DNA of 64,000 nucleotides, from NCBI RefSeq assembly GCF_964204645.1, contig NC_134036.1:5672600-5736599 (forward strand). Direction: 5' to 3'. Positions 39,706 to 54,140 of this stretch are shown piece after piece. The notes below the pieces were generated by a model. The model was not told the DNA's origin and searched no databases. It was given only the letters and a program-made list of their open reading frames with translations. Positions within the stretch are counted from its first letter, which is position 1. Each line of letters starts with the position of its first letter. A program made the position numbers and the translations under genes. Origin of the DNA: Tubulanus polymorphus (Eukaryota; Animalia; Nemertea).

Positions 39706-42053
39706 GGTCCAATGACGCATCTAGGGAGATTATTGAAACCCGTTCAAGTCCATCCAATTAATTGAGGAGTGCCTTTTTTATTTTGAAACTAGCTAAAATT
39801 GGTCTATTTCAGCGCTCCCTACATCTATCGTTGAGTAGAAAATACGCCAAATTACTGGATCACTTCTTATAAAACAACCGAAATTCAAACTTTACGTAGA
39901 AACAATATAGTAATTCTTATTTATTCCAAGCGCCAGTGACGAACTTATACGAATTCGTTCATCGAATTTAACGTTTTATCTCCTGAACTTACCTGTAATC
40001 TTTCGGTTTCGTCCCGATAAGAGGCACGAATTCTATCGGGCATCCATTTTGAATTATCGCCATCTGCAATGTAAAAAAAATTACGTAAAATTAAAGTTGT
40101 CTGATTTAGAGCTTAGATACCCATTTTAACCCTCGAGTGCTTCACCCCTGGAAATGTAAAACACATTTTATTTGTCTACGTCTATAGCTGTATACAGCGC
40201 TGATTCAGTATCAATTTCGAATGATTTGATTTGAGAAAAAAAAAATATATGTGTACATCAGGTTATAGATGATTGGTTAAAATGCTCAATTTATGGCCAC
40301 ATATACCTGTCGCCATCTATCATGAAAACTATGTGCTAAGTGTCAACCTATGTGGACATTCGAAAACCCCTGATAATTTTGTCACAAAACTGTCACAATT
40401 CTATACGGCCACGTCGCAAAAATATGAAAACATCTCACAAATGGTGATGAATAAACGGGTTGACGGATTGATAAACCTTGAGATAACGGTGTTGTCTATT
40501 CTAGAGAAAAAATCTAGGAAGTGCGTTACATGTTTGTACATTGTTTCAAGGGCTATCCTAGTATCACGGAAATAAGTAATTTTCTTATTTTTGTTCCACT
40601 ATTTCAAGGATCTGATTTACCAATTTCTTGTCCACTATGAATTTTGGCGTTAAACCACAATTGTATTAACGACATGTTTAAAGTTCATTACGGTATCGAC
40701 ACGGAAGTCACGGGCAGAGCATGACTTTCAAAATGCAGTACGAAACAAGTTCTTCGTGTACAAAGGCGTAGACTGTAATAAATATGCACAAATCAATTAC
40801 CGCTGTTGTGTCTTTTATGAATTGAGTTCAGGTTATGGGTTGCCGCTGTCATATGACCAGGGTGCCTCCGATGTCAGACAGCCCCCTACCTCACCCCCCC
40901 CCCTCCTCCGACTATAGATAGATAAAGTAGAGAGTCGTTAAGTGGTTGCTGACTCTACTCCTAACTTACAAGGTCTTCCGCTGTACGTACATCGGTTGGG
41001 TGCCTCTGCCTTAATTAGGCGTGTAATGAATGATCACGAGCCCCCAGACCTCTATCTCTGACCCGAACCCTGAGAACGATTTGTTTCATTGTCGTCGGTT
41101 GAGAAGTTGAAGAGCTCCCGACATCTTCGATTTCGGGGACGTCGTTGCCTATACGCAATACGTGCTGAACGCAGACTGTTATCCGTTTGTCGTCTAGAGG
41201 AATCAGCTTCTCAACAGAACTGAGATTTGTGCTATATTTTTCGAAGATAACAAGTTTGCCATCGGCTATACCATGATGAAAAGCATAAGCCCGGAAAACA
41301 AAATCTTTTGCCACGTACCACATTTTCGAAGTACCCTGCAAGTAAGTCGGGATGCATTTATGTGGGTCAAAAGGTGACGATCTTAGCGGCCCATCTCCTC
41401 AAAACTTTGAAAGCGCTGTGATTTTACTACAAAAGAACTTGAACTTATCATCCGTGAAAACCCCATAGTTCGGAATTAAAAACATATGAGCATTCTGTAT
41501 GATAAACATAAGCACGAAGGAGGATTTCCCAGGAAATTCCCAGGATTTCTGAGGCGAAATATACACCGGAATTCCTCGGTGCTAACGGGTCAAGAATACT
41601 AGCTGACCTGCTTCGTGTTCATGAGATACATTTTCTAATCTTTCTACATTTCTACAGACGTTTTGAATTATTATATTATGGCTCGTGCGTTACTAGCCGG
41701 AACGACGTGTTCTATGTAAGCGCGGTACATTAGCAAAATGATAAAAAACATCATATGATATGTGATATCAGGCGAACTCGAACGTTGCGAATTAATTTGA
41801 ACATTTTTAAAACATAATTGGACGTGGATATTTTCGACCGTTGGAAACATAAAACTGAAAATTCCAGCACAGATCCACGTTCGAGACAGAGCGAACACTC
41901 ATTAGAGCTAGAAAAAATAGTTGCATTCTAAAACTGATGAGTGAAGCAAACAATAAACTTCATGAGTAAGATATGTATTATTTATTTGAACTCGCGTATA
42001 GCAGTCTAAGATCTGTGGCCAACAGAACGAATGTCATTCCTCGCATCGTGTTG

Positions 42054-45000
42054 ATGTTGTTCGGTATGGAACAGCGACTGAGAGCGATGTTTATAGCGTC
42101 GCTGATCGTCTGTCAAGTTCGCATCGCGCGCGCTGATCGCGCAGACTCTATCGAGGAATCGTCTGTGACGGTAAGTTCGTCTTGTAACAACACGTGGTAC
42201 CCGCTAGATTCTACGTCCGGTTACATCGTTTCACCGAATTACCCTTCGTTAACGCGCGGTGTTGAATGTCGTTGGTTCCTCAACAGCTCTTTACCGGGAA
42301 CTTTTCACGTTCGAATTTACCACGACATCGAGCTTTCAATATTCTGTACGGACAGCTACATTCTCATCGACGAGTCTGATAACCGATTGTGCGGCGATGG
42401 AAAACATGAAATCCGCCGTAACGATTCGATCCCGTTGATTTTTAGGAGTAACGTCGATGGTGCGCGAGGTAGTCGGGTTTATGTCGTATATCGCCACGAA
42501 CGAAGCCGATTGAGAATCAGCCACGACTGTTCACGAAATCTTCGATTGAATAAACTCTACTCGTCAAACGGATATAAATTCCAAATAACAATATTACGTA
42601 ATTGCGGGCTTTTTTTCGAATGGACAGGATTATCACATAATTATGGGATGAATCTCACATTTATTCAGCTGATTTTACAATCATACCCTGCATATCAACC
42701 TGCGACCATTGTAATCCATGGCGGATGGAACAGCAGCAGTGAACCTATAGCTCTTATACGGGAACAAACCGGACATCCACCATCGTCATTTTATACTTAT
42801 ACAAATAAAGCCATTATCTCCTCGCTCCATCGCTCAATGGGCTTTCGATCACAACTTCTAATTCAAACGTACAAAATATCAGATTGGAACGTCTCTAATC
42901 CGTTGATTCAGATCTCTAATAACGAGTCGGGAGTGCTCATTCCCGATGACAACAGTTTACACGTAATAACTCGATCGAAACACTTACACTGCTGGTCTAT
43001 CACAGTGCAAGTGTTACAGTACGTCGTCTTCAACTGGACACGTGATCTCGCCATATCTGGTGACGTCATTGGTATATATAAACAAGAAGGGTTACGCGTT
43101 GTAGGAACTGATATTTTACGCGCTTACAACTACCTGGAATCACTGAGTGTCGAATCTGACGGCTTTCAAGTCGTAATGTGCGTCTTATTGACTGGAGCCC
43201 GAGCAAATTCCCTATTCGAAATAAACCTCGCAGTGAGATCATTATCGATAAAAGATGTACACGTCACAAATCATCGGGTGAGTATTAAAGTATTGCAATT
43301 CCAATTTACAACGCAAAAAACTGAACATACGCCACGCATAGACATTGATTTTATAGATACGAAATGAAGAAAGCTGGTTCATGCAAGCTCGCTGGATCTT
43401 TCCGTCATCAAAGAAGAAAACATTAACCTACAAGACAAGTCAATCAATATTCACGTGGAAAGTCGATATTCACGAAGTGAATTTGGAACTGACGGTTTTA
43501 TCAGAGAACTGCGAGCGAGCTGGATTTTACATATTCGACGGTGGTAATTTCACGGCTAGACGATACGGTCCGTATTGTCCCGGCAATTACTACGGACGGT
43601 CTGTCGTCAGTCTGATTACATCAGGCGGATCGGTCACTGTTGTAGGATACGCTTATAACTGGGATGATCAGTTAACAGTCGGCGAGACATCATATCTCAG
43701 ATTTCGTCCTACCGACTGTGACGGGTACGTTTTAAAAGAGGGAGAACGTCAGATCAATATGACGTCACACTGTCTCGTGATTACACCCGAAAACCGGCGC
43801 CTTCCTTTGAGAAACGTTTACATATTATCAGAACACGAATATCGAATTGATAGTTGTTTTCGTGACAGGAAACGACCTTGTCCTCGAGCATTAACGATTT
43901 CTAGTAAACTTCTCGCTGAAAGCATCGTGTTAAGCACGGTAGTCACGGGCGGTCGAAGATATTTCCTGACAACCCAACTTATGGTCAAACTTCGTCATAA
44001 ATGTCTAGGTTCGAAGAATCATGTTGACAAATTGGTGTTCACGGTAAGCAGAGTTCCGATAACAGCCAAGGACGAATGCGGACTGGTTGAATCACCGAAC
44101 TATCCGGCAAGGGCAGGACGTACATCGATGTCTTTATACTACACTTTTACCAACGCCCGACCACGCAATGCATTCCGATATTACAGATTTATCATTAAAT
44201 CTATAGAATCGATTAGTTGCACCGCAAATATCTTTATGGAAAAAAGCCCGATACTTTTCATTCAGGAGATATCCTGGGCGAAAATTCGAACCTATCGTCG
44301 TGTCACGATATGCGGAAATATGGCGACGATAGCAGTTGTATTTCACAGTTTATACGAAAATCAATTGTATTTTGAAATAAAAAATATTATTGCAAAATTT
44401 CGAATACAATACATTTTACGCCAGTCGTTGGCGATCGAGTATTCCGATAAGGTTCGTTGTGAAAGTGGATTTTCGGATTCGGGAATTTCATGTGTAAAAT
44501 ACATCAGAGATGAACGTCTGAATTGGGAGAATGCTGAATTGTACTGTAGACAGAAGTACGCGGGACATCTACTCAGTATCAACTCAGAACAGGAAATGAT
44601 TTCTGTTAAAAGGTTATTTGCTACAGAACTTCGTAAAGAGGCATATTCAAAGAAAGCCCTCGTAATGATGATTGGATTAAAACTGCTGGTAAGTTCACGG
44701 TGTTCCTAGACCTTTTTTTCCGAACGGGGTTCCACACCACTACTGCCAGTTCAAAGTTCATTGAAAATGAATCAAGTTTCACTACGTATAACTGAGTGTA
44801 TTGTAACGCCATCTGGTTTATGCCGATACACCATTGATTCAGTAGATATTTGTTTCTATTCATCATTTTTAGCCCAAAACCGGTCATTACACGTGGACTG
44901 ACGGGAAACCATTGAGCTACACAGAGTGGTATAAACCTACAAATAACGACACGATACCAGAGGTTATTCAAGGATTGATATCTCCTCTCAGAAAACAACC

Positions 45001-48000
45001 GATAAATGACGTCAATATGCCGTGTACAGCGATGATACTGAATAATCCACGCGGATCAGCGAACTGGGTTCGATTCCCCTGCGAAATCGCAGAGGTTCAC
45101 ACGAGTTTCATTTGCGAAACAAAAAGAATCGGAAAATTCGCAAATTGGAAAAATTACATTCGAAACATAACAGTTGAAACATTAAATTCCTCAAAAAACG
45201 ACGCAATTTTGGCCCATGAAAACACATTTCACCACAATGTTCTTGATGATTCGAGCTGTACGATTGGTTGGATAAGTATAGATAAACAATGCTATCAAAT
45301 ACTCACAGACTGGAACGAACATCGGGGTTTAGATATTAAAACTGCGACGGAGATGTGTCATGACATCCGTGCTGAAATAGGTGAAGTGAAAGCCCGTTTT
45401 ACGGAAAAGGATACTATGAGCTTGATAAAAACATTTCACTATCAACATCAATATAGCTCTATACTAACGATGACTTCTAATGACAAACTGCAGGTTATAA
45501 ATCCAATAATTACTAGAGATGAAATTACATATGTTCAATCAGTTAAATGGACGATGAAACAGTTTGATAATGCAACAGATACAGCGCATTCCGTTTTGTG
45601 TTCATACAATGTAACTGATGAAGAGTTAGCTTCTATAAGCGGTTGTAAATCGTGGCAGTTTGAATGTAACGATCAAAAATGTATCAGCGACCATCGCGTA
45701 TGTGACACCAGACACGACTGTCAACACGGTGGAGATGAACTCAATTGTACGGATATAAATCAACACAGTCAGTTTCACTGCTATGATGGTCATGCGATAT
45801 CAATTAGTGGTCTCTGTGACTTCCTACAGGATTGCGTGGATGGTTCTGATGAAGAATATTGTTTTCATCCCCTGTGTTTATCTGAACAATTTCGCTGTAA
45901 AAGTGGTCAATGTATCAGTAGGTCTAATAGATGTGATGGAGTCACTAATTGTAAAGACGGCTCTGATGAAAAGAAATGCACTGTTAAACAGTGTCAGGGA
46001 TTCCTGTGTAACAGTGGAGACTGTATCAGTTCTCAGTTGTATCAGGATGGTGTCGTGGATTGCAGTGGAAGCGTTGAAGAAGATGAATTAGTAACAACTA
46101 CTAACGTTACAGTGAATCCTCCGATTGAGTGCAATAATAAGAACCTCTGTTCGACTAACTTCACAAATATCTGTGCAAAACCTGATGAACAAAGATGTTC
46201 TTTTAATTCTCCTCATTGTTATTCAAGACGTCACAGATGTATTCTAGATAGAATGACGAATGGTTTTGCAGTTTGTAGAAATCTCGAGCACGTACTGAGA
46301 TGTGAAGAATTTGAATGTCCAGCTGGTACTGTAAAATGTCCAGCATCGTACTGTATACCGATCAGACAGGTATGCGATGGTCAATCAGATTGTCCTAGTT
46401 CAGAAGATGAACAAAACTGCGAGACATTTTCATGTCCAGGAATGTTTAAATGTGGTCAGGAAAATCGATGCATTTTACAATCCGAAGTTTGTGACGGTGT
46501 GGTAAATTGTAAATACACAACTGATGACGAGGCTTTCTGTGAGGTCACGTGTCCTATGGGTTGTAGGTGTCAAGGTCTTCTGGCCGATTGTGGAAATACC
46601 GGTCTTACTGATATTACTGGACTTATATCGGTATCAACTCGAGTTTTAATCATGTCGAATAATCAAATTAATTTCAACAAGTCGACATTTAATTCACTCG
46701 CTTATCTCTACGTTCTCAACATCTCGTCCAATGGATTGTATCGTATTTCACCAAACTCGTTCACAAACCTGCATAATCTACATACGTTAGATCTAACACA
46801 CAATAACTTAACATCGTTATCCGTAAACACCTTCGCCGGTTTGTACAGTTTGAAAGGGTTATTCTTAACCGGAAATCCGCTGCGATATTTAGAAGAAGGC
46901 TGTTTTCAAGATCTGCAGTCCCTTCTAAGTCTTGATCTTCACGGACTTTTTCTTGTCGCCTTAGCTGAACATGTTTTTAAAGGTCTATTCTCATTGAAAT
47001 CTTTAAACATCAGCGGCAACAACATTTTGTATATCTCAATATACGCTTTTTCAGGGTTAAATGAACTCACAATACTTGATATTACGAAAAATTCGAAAGT
47101 TATCTCAGTCAAGCGAAACGTCTTCGACAATCTGACGTCATTAGTCTCCCTCACGTCTGATGCTTACAAATTTTGCTGCATGGCTCCGAATGTTGACCGG
47201 TGCCTTCCCGAAGCTGATCAGTTTTCCTCCTGTTCCGATCTGATGGGTAACAAAGTCCTCAGAGCTGTCATCTGGGTAATTTCCGCGTTCACCTTCGTTT
47301 CGAATAACGTCGTCGTTTTCTTTCGTTTTCGATCTATTCGAATTTCGTCGGGTGAATCGCGTAGCACATCGTCCAACATCCTCATTATCAATATCGCGGC
47401 TTGTGATTTTCTGATGTCGATTTATTTGTTTTTGATCGCGGGAGCGGATTACGTTTATAAAGGAGTTTATTTCCTGAATTCAGAAACCTGGACGAACAGT
47501 TCACTCTGTCGCTTCGCTGGTGTAATTGTGACTATTTCTTGTGAAGGCTCGTTGACGTTTCTTTGTATTCTAACACGGCATAGATTCTCGAATATCGTTA
47601 ATCCATTTTCCTCGAATCCGCTTACATCTCCCAGATACGTGTCGATTATTTGTTCGCTTAATTGGTTAATCATAGCAACATTTTCATTAGTGCCACTGGT
47701 AGGGTCTTCTTATTTCGGAGAGAAATTCTACGGAACTACTGGAGTCTGTTTACCTATGAATTTAATTTCAATCGATGTCAAAGCCTGGCAATATTCGTTC
47801 GCTATTTTTGCCGTGTTTAACTGTGGCATACTCGCTACGATAATGTCGACTTATGCCCAAATGTACAGATACGCATCCGGAAGCAGGGCAGGTTCAGGTA
47901 GAGTCGAACCCACCGAACTGGTCTTAGCGCGCAGGAGTTTGGTGATAAATCTGTGTAATTTATTTTGCTGGCTGCCGTTAATTACCGTTCAGTTTAGCGC

Positions 48001-48163
48001 GGTATTACGAGTAGAAATACCGAATCAGGTGGCGGCTTGGCTGGCGGTTCTTTTCTTACCGATCAACTCGTCGCTCAATCCCCTTCTTTACACCATTCTG
48101 ACTATCGATATGGAATCCATTCGAGCAAAAACTAAACGCAGACAACATCGAACAGACAAATGA
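42054..48163 (+). CDS. GRL101-like LGR-type GPCR, copy 5 (~1948 aa)
   Basis: Exons 42054-43277, 43357-44688, 44873-48163 with phase-0 GT-AG introns. Same signal peptide and domain order. Confidence 0.9.
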
Positions 48164-48484
48164 AATAGCACTGAGTGTTTGGTATATATCGCCAGTTAAA
48201 CTGATGTATTTTCGATTAAATTTTCTGGCGGGGAAATTTTATGATAAATCAACATTCTATACATTGGACATCCCCAATGCCTTTGCGTTGTTTTCACCGT
48301 TTTAATTAACATAGTCTAAAATGCTGTTTTCAGAAAAAGCTCAAAACATAAATTCGAATATCATACCAATTGCTACACATAGCCTGCTATCCTATTCTGC
48401 AGTTTGAATTCTGCTACTGATGATTCTGATGATGTGATGATAGCAATTCCCATATATGAAAATAATATGGCTGTTTTATTGTAG

Positions 48485-48891
48485 CTACTGTCTGTCACAC
48501 CTGCTCTCCGTGCGACGTTTTGGTCCGTAATTTCGTTAATAAACAGTTCATCTACCTTTATAACGCATCAATTTGTTCAGTGAGGACTTTGCATTCAGAA
48601 ATAAACAACAATTTTTACTAAAGTTGTAAGTTGTTTCATTTATGAGCGATAGTTTACAGCAACGCTCGCGTAATGCTGAAAAATCAGCCGTTTTTCAGCA
48701 TTACGCGAGCGTATGCTAGGTAAACTTTTGCTGATAGATTAAAATACAAACAAATCTATGCTGCTTTATGATTTATTTCTGAATGCAAATTCCTTACTTA
48801 ACAAATTGATGCATAATATTTAGAGATAAACCGATTATCAACAAAATTACGGACCAAACGTCGCACGGAGAGCAGGTGAGACAGACAATAG
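48485..48891. mobile_element. Palindromic MITE/foldback element (~407 bp) with GTAG target-site duplication
   Basis: Ends CTACTGTCTGTCACACCTGCTCTCCGTGCGACGTTT / AAACGTCGCACGGAGAGCAGGTGAGACAGACAATAG. Inverted similarity runs almost to the centre; GTAG at 48481-48484 and 48892-48895. Confidence 0.8.
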
Positions 48892-48961
48892 GTAGCCTGC
48901 GCAATTAGAGAAATATACCAATTAATATTGATCGGCAAAATATCTTTCGAAACGACTGTTG

Positions 48962-49097
48962 GCGCATAATTGCGACCTACGCACAAATGTACAGACTCGT
49001 ATCTGGAAGCAGGTCGTTTTCGGGTAGAATTGACCCTACCGAACTAGTTTTGTCAAGCGGCAGTTTGGTGATTAATCTTTGTAATCTATTTTGCTTG
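48962..49097 (+). pseudogene. Isolated fragment of the GRL101-like TM5-TM6 coding region
   Basis: CAAATGTACAGACTCGTATCTGGAAGCAGG...GACCCTACCGAACTAGTTTTG...CTTTGTAATCTATTTTGC matches 22778-22890 etc. It ends in TGA and has no flanking gene sequence. Confidence 0.8.
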
Positions 49098-50089
49098 TGA
49101 CAGATTCAATGATCTACCAACAACAAAAAATACAGCAATCGTCTCTAAATTAAAAAAAAAACCTAGATGGTGATCTGATATATTGAAACGAAAGAACAAA
49201 TGGTTTTCCTATACGATAAAAAAATTATTCACAAATCGGAATTTCAAAAGAATCAGTACGAGTAAAATCGTTTATCGAATTGGTTTGATAAATGAAAGAA
49301 ACTGGCAAAATGAAGAAGCAAATAGGCAAAAGGACAATTTGCCACCGTTCCATAAGGCAGCCGTGCTGAGCTTAATCTGGACGATGATGATAATTATTTC
49401 TTCCGCTTTTTAATTCTGCGCATCGAATTCAATATCCAACTCAGATATACAGTTATAATTTTAACATCAAAATGAAAAATGACAACATTTTTGCACCAAC
49501 CGCATGTAAACACCACCTCCGATGAAAGCGGTTTCACAAACTGTCAAAGCCTTGACTCCTAACTGTGCGACGCCAATGCCGTATAAATCACGTTCATTAA
49601 GTTGTAGTAATATCAACTTGTGTTCCTTTTTGAAATACGTGGTCCTATATGGGCATCATGCCCGGCAGGGATTAGAATCCGATGGCACCGAGACCCACCG
49701 CGATAGGAAACCTTGCCGCACTAGTTTGCTTTTTGAAACCGATATTTTTTTCTTTTGGAGTTTGGATACCTTTTCGAGAATCCACCTTAGATTTTAATGA
49801 AGCCCTTTTTCTGAATTCGGGTTCCCAGGCGATTGTTGAACGGGTGATTCATGATTTGAATAAATACATTCTAAGCTGCGCCGTGAAATAGCCTTCGATC
49901 CGGAAACCATGTCATTTAAATTCGCTCCATTCGTACAGCAGTAGGCTCAGCTAACTGATGGAAACCTTTTCCGATGGGCTAAACTTACCACCGGCCTCGA
50001 TTGAAGTATAAATAAATCGATCAACAAGATCATTTTCAAGGAATTTTAATTGATACTCTCAGTAAACGAACATCGAATATGTTGCATAA

Positions 50090-52331
50090 CTAATAATCGG
50101 AAGTTGCGTATACGGAATTCCTCCAGGGGCTTCCACATATTTCTTTCGGGTTTCCAGCGCACTTCATCCGGCATTGAGATTTCGGCACTGGACCGTACTT
50201 GCCGACACGATTGCCGCAGAAACATTCCGCACTATACTGAAGTCCGGCGAACATAAATTCTGGATGAAAAAAAATCTTCAAAGATAATAGTGCGAGTATG
50301 CTTTTGTTGGGAATCGGGTAACGATATTCACGGGAGTTATCAACACAGGCTGAACGGGAGAGGGGGCTCAAGTTAAGACGATTTGGATGGCACCCACAGA
50401 ATCTGACACAGCTCCCTGGTAGATCATGAAAACTGCGAGCGCGTCCTTACCTTTTTTCTTACAAATACCGATACACTTCCCGATTGTCATAGATTTGTCT
50501 GAGTTTGCAGCATAGGTCGTCAAATCTCTGATTTTGCGGTCTTCAAAACATCCGACGTAAGTCCGACATCCCGATGTCATATTTCCGTTGTCTGGAATTC
50601 GAATGTTTGATCGTTGATTAATGTATTCATAATGAGCTACGTTTTCGAGCGTTTACTGCTACGTGTGACTCATAGGTGTCTGGGGCCATCGGTCACGGTT
50701 ATTAGAACAAAACATATCTAATATATTCTTCTCTTATCCCCTCTTATAGCCCTTTTTTGATATTATTTCATTGACATTTAAATATATGTGTTTATCCATT
50801 CATCGCGTATAAACTTAACATGAAAATGAATCATATCATATCATTACGTAACATGGGTTACATTGCGTGATCGCGCTAAAAACCAAAGTTATCTTTGAAA
50901 AAAGCCATGCGAAATATTGAAATACGCGTGTATTTGCCGGTTAGGACATTTCTTGGTTATTTCATTCGGTTTCGAAATTTTAGACGAATCTAAATAGGCT
51001 AATCGGGGATGAAGATAGAAACTAATGATATCTGTCATGAAAATTATTCATAACAATAAAATGCTAAAATGAAAAAAAAAGAATGGAAAACAGTGATTAG
51101 AAACTGCTTGTGGAACGTATCGAATTAAAACGTTAACTATGCAAAATTAAGGGGTTCGGAAACTATCAATTCTAATATCATTCTTTCGTGTGCGTCAGCA
51201 AGAAGGAACCGTCGAGTTGGAAAAGCACGCACACTGCAACCGGCTCTCCGAAGTAATCAATGAATGTTTTATTCAGTTTGGTGATCAGTGAATGTTTAAG
51301 GTGCTGGAACCAATTGAAGCCATGCAGGCAAATGGTTAAAAAATCGTTGAAAGCCCAATTCAATCCTAACAATTATTTGCCGAATAACAACGGAAACCAC
51401 TTTACCACTCGAAACTGGTGAATACATTTTCTATTAGGTAGCTACAACAAATCACATTTATATTTGCATATCTTCGATTATAATATACATTTAATCCTCT
51501 TTTCTGGCTAGAGACAAAGTACGATGCTGAAATAATTTGCAACGTGTCACTTTAAAGTTTGAGATAATTTTGAAAACGCCTACGATGTTACAGAGAAAGA
51601 AAATGTTTCCTTGAATAGAATCGCGATATTTCGATGATTGGGGCTGAAATAGGAAAAATCGGTGGTCGATTGTCTGAAAATTGAATGTATCTATAATTGC
51701 TATCATTTCCCCAACTCGTTACATGTGTACAATGTATTTCGAGATACCAATCAAGCGATGATTAACTTTTTAAATTTCAAATTCTCTCCATTGCTGTTCA
51801 GGAACAGCGTCATATCGCTACCACATGTAGATCCACATTCAAAATAGATTACATAAAACTGCAGACAAAGAAGCCCAGCCAATCGGAAAAAAAAATTAAT
51901 TTGATTTAGTGTAGCCCCAAGAATCCTGAATACCATAACTGACATAGAATAATGCGATGATTAAAAGTAAAATCATAACTCTGACGCATGATGAGATATT
52001 CGATGGCTAAACCTTATTGAGAATCCCAGTAGATTGCATTTTATTGACATTTTCCAAATGTACTATATCGTATTGAAATTCATCAATTAGAAATTTATAA
52101 AGTAATGAAGTAGAAGATATATTAGTACGATTAAAGTAAACACAACGGTCGTTTATTCAAGCACACTTAAACTCGAACTAAACTAATATCACATTTGAAC
52201 TTACCGTCGTTAGCCGGCGTTGTCGTGGTGCATAACAATTCAGGAACTCGCGTTCGAACCGGTTCTGAACGTGACGTCACGTATGACGCCATCATCAGCA
52301 GCACGGCTCCCAGTGTTAGTAAATAACTCAT
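50090..52331 (-). CDS. Small secreted WSC-domain protein (~145 aa)
   Basis: Exons 52331-52205, 50591-50451, 50259-50090 with phase-1 GT-AG introns (438 nt). Signal [16 protein letters not shown]; WSC motifs [47 protein letters not shown]. Confidence 0.88.
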
Positions 52332-53449
52332 CTGCAATGAAAGACGAGACATGAGAGTATTTTTCTGCTCACGAAAAATCTTACTCACTCTGGACACCGA
52401 ACTGAACGGACGTACGTCAACATGGCTCCTATACGTAAAAAGAAAATCTACTGCACGCTATTGCAGTAGAGCTTCCATATTCGACTAGTTCGCCATCTAG
52501 CGGACAAATAGGTCAGTAGGAGAGTCAACTTTGAAGTGAATAATAATACCTCAAGGTTTCCATTGTCACTCCCCACGTGACATTGCCGGTTGACCGGTTT
52601 TAAACCTAGCGTAACTTTAGTCGGTTTTCTGATCGATTTAAACTGGAATTCTAGGCCCCCGAAATGCAATCGAATCTCATCGACTTTCCCATTTTAGGAT
52701 TCTGGGAAGTGAAGCGAAAACCATTCACTTCGAAATTGAGAAAAGATAATTGAATTGAAATTAAAGCGCGTATATGCGATTTGTAGCTAACGAAGTTGGC
52801 GAATTTTCGATGAATCATCCCTAGCCACGGAAAAATAAAACGACCGTCGGACTGGAAATTCATAATAAATAATTTCGGAAGTTCTTATAGTCTCGGCTGC
52901 TGGATATAAATCTATATAATCACCAGGAAGACCAATGAAGGGTCCGAGTCGTTAACCAAATCGTTGATTCAGAATTTGACTCGACTTCAAGAGGCCACGG
53001 TATTCATTTCGAGTCCCGCCCAGGTTTCATGTTTAAACTATTCAGCTATAGCTAGTTGGAATCCGATGCTTCCTGAGTCAAGTTTAGACCTATTAACGTT
53101 CTCACTCAAAAACTTGCGGACGAAATATTGCCCGAATCACAACATGCCTATACACGAAAAACATCGAACTGTATTTGTTCTATCGTGGATTTTGAACTAT
53201 CGAGTGAGAATTTACCTTCCGCAATGAACAAAGTTAGAAATTGATTGAATTGGCTTCGTCTCATTCTTGCAACTTTCTCGTGCGCTGATAACGAAAACGA
53301 AGAATTTCACTATACATAAATACCTTGTTCCTGGTGTTACGGGTTTTCTGCGGTTTGCGCCGTCGGAGTTGCGTCGACCTCGAAATTTAATCGCGCTAAA
53401 AGCAGCTGACAAAATGCGAATAGTTCTCGCTTAATATATAGAACGCTAT

Positions 53450-54140
53450 GGGAACAAGAGGTGTTTCGTTTGACAATGTTAACAGTGCTGAAGAGCAGCG
53501 ATGTATAGTAAGTACGTTTAAAGTGTCTCATCTCTCAGACTGTACGGCTTCAACCTTGACGATCGCCATCTAGAATCGAAGTAGTTTTTTTTTCGAACAT
53601 GGGATCGACTTTACATCTCAAACGCGGTACGATCACGATCTTATTCGATATTCAGACGCAGCAAAAAAAAAAAACGTTGAAATTAGAATTCGTAAATAGC
53701 CATCGTCGATAGAGGAATTATATCTAAAAACGGTTGACAAAAACGAAACGCGAACTAAGTATGATCAGCGCCGAAAACAGGTGTCGGGAACAAGAGGTAT
53801 CGCGCTTGAAGAGAAATGTGAATTGCTTTAAGTTACATCGATAGGTTCTGTTGAGAGTTTTGAAGAGCTAGTTTGAGTATGTCTGAAGTTTACCAATCCA
53901 TTGTACGGCTTCAGCCTTGGCAACTGCTGCCTCGATTGATTCAGTCGTTCCAGACGAACAGCTGTTCTTCGCGTTTATTTCCGAATACGAATAGACTCGA
54001 TTTCTAAAACGATGTATAGTTTTCAATATTCGTACGTCTAATTCGGTATGAAGACACAGCGAAAAACGATGGAACTCGAATTTTGAAATAACCCAACGCG
54101 TATTGAAGAATTATAGCTAAGAGTTGATAGAAACGAAAGT
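53450..54140. repeat. Old direct tandem duplication (~340-390 bp unit)
   Basis: GGGAACAAGAGGT, TGTACGGCTTCA.CCTTG and GAATTATA.CTAA..GTTGA each occur twice in the same order. Confidence 0.6.
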
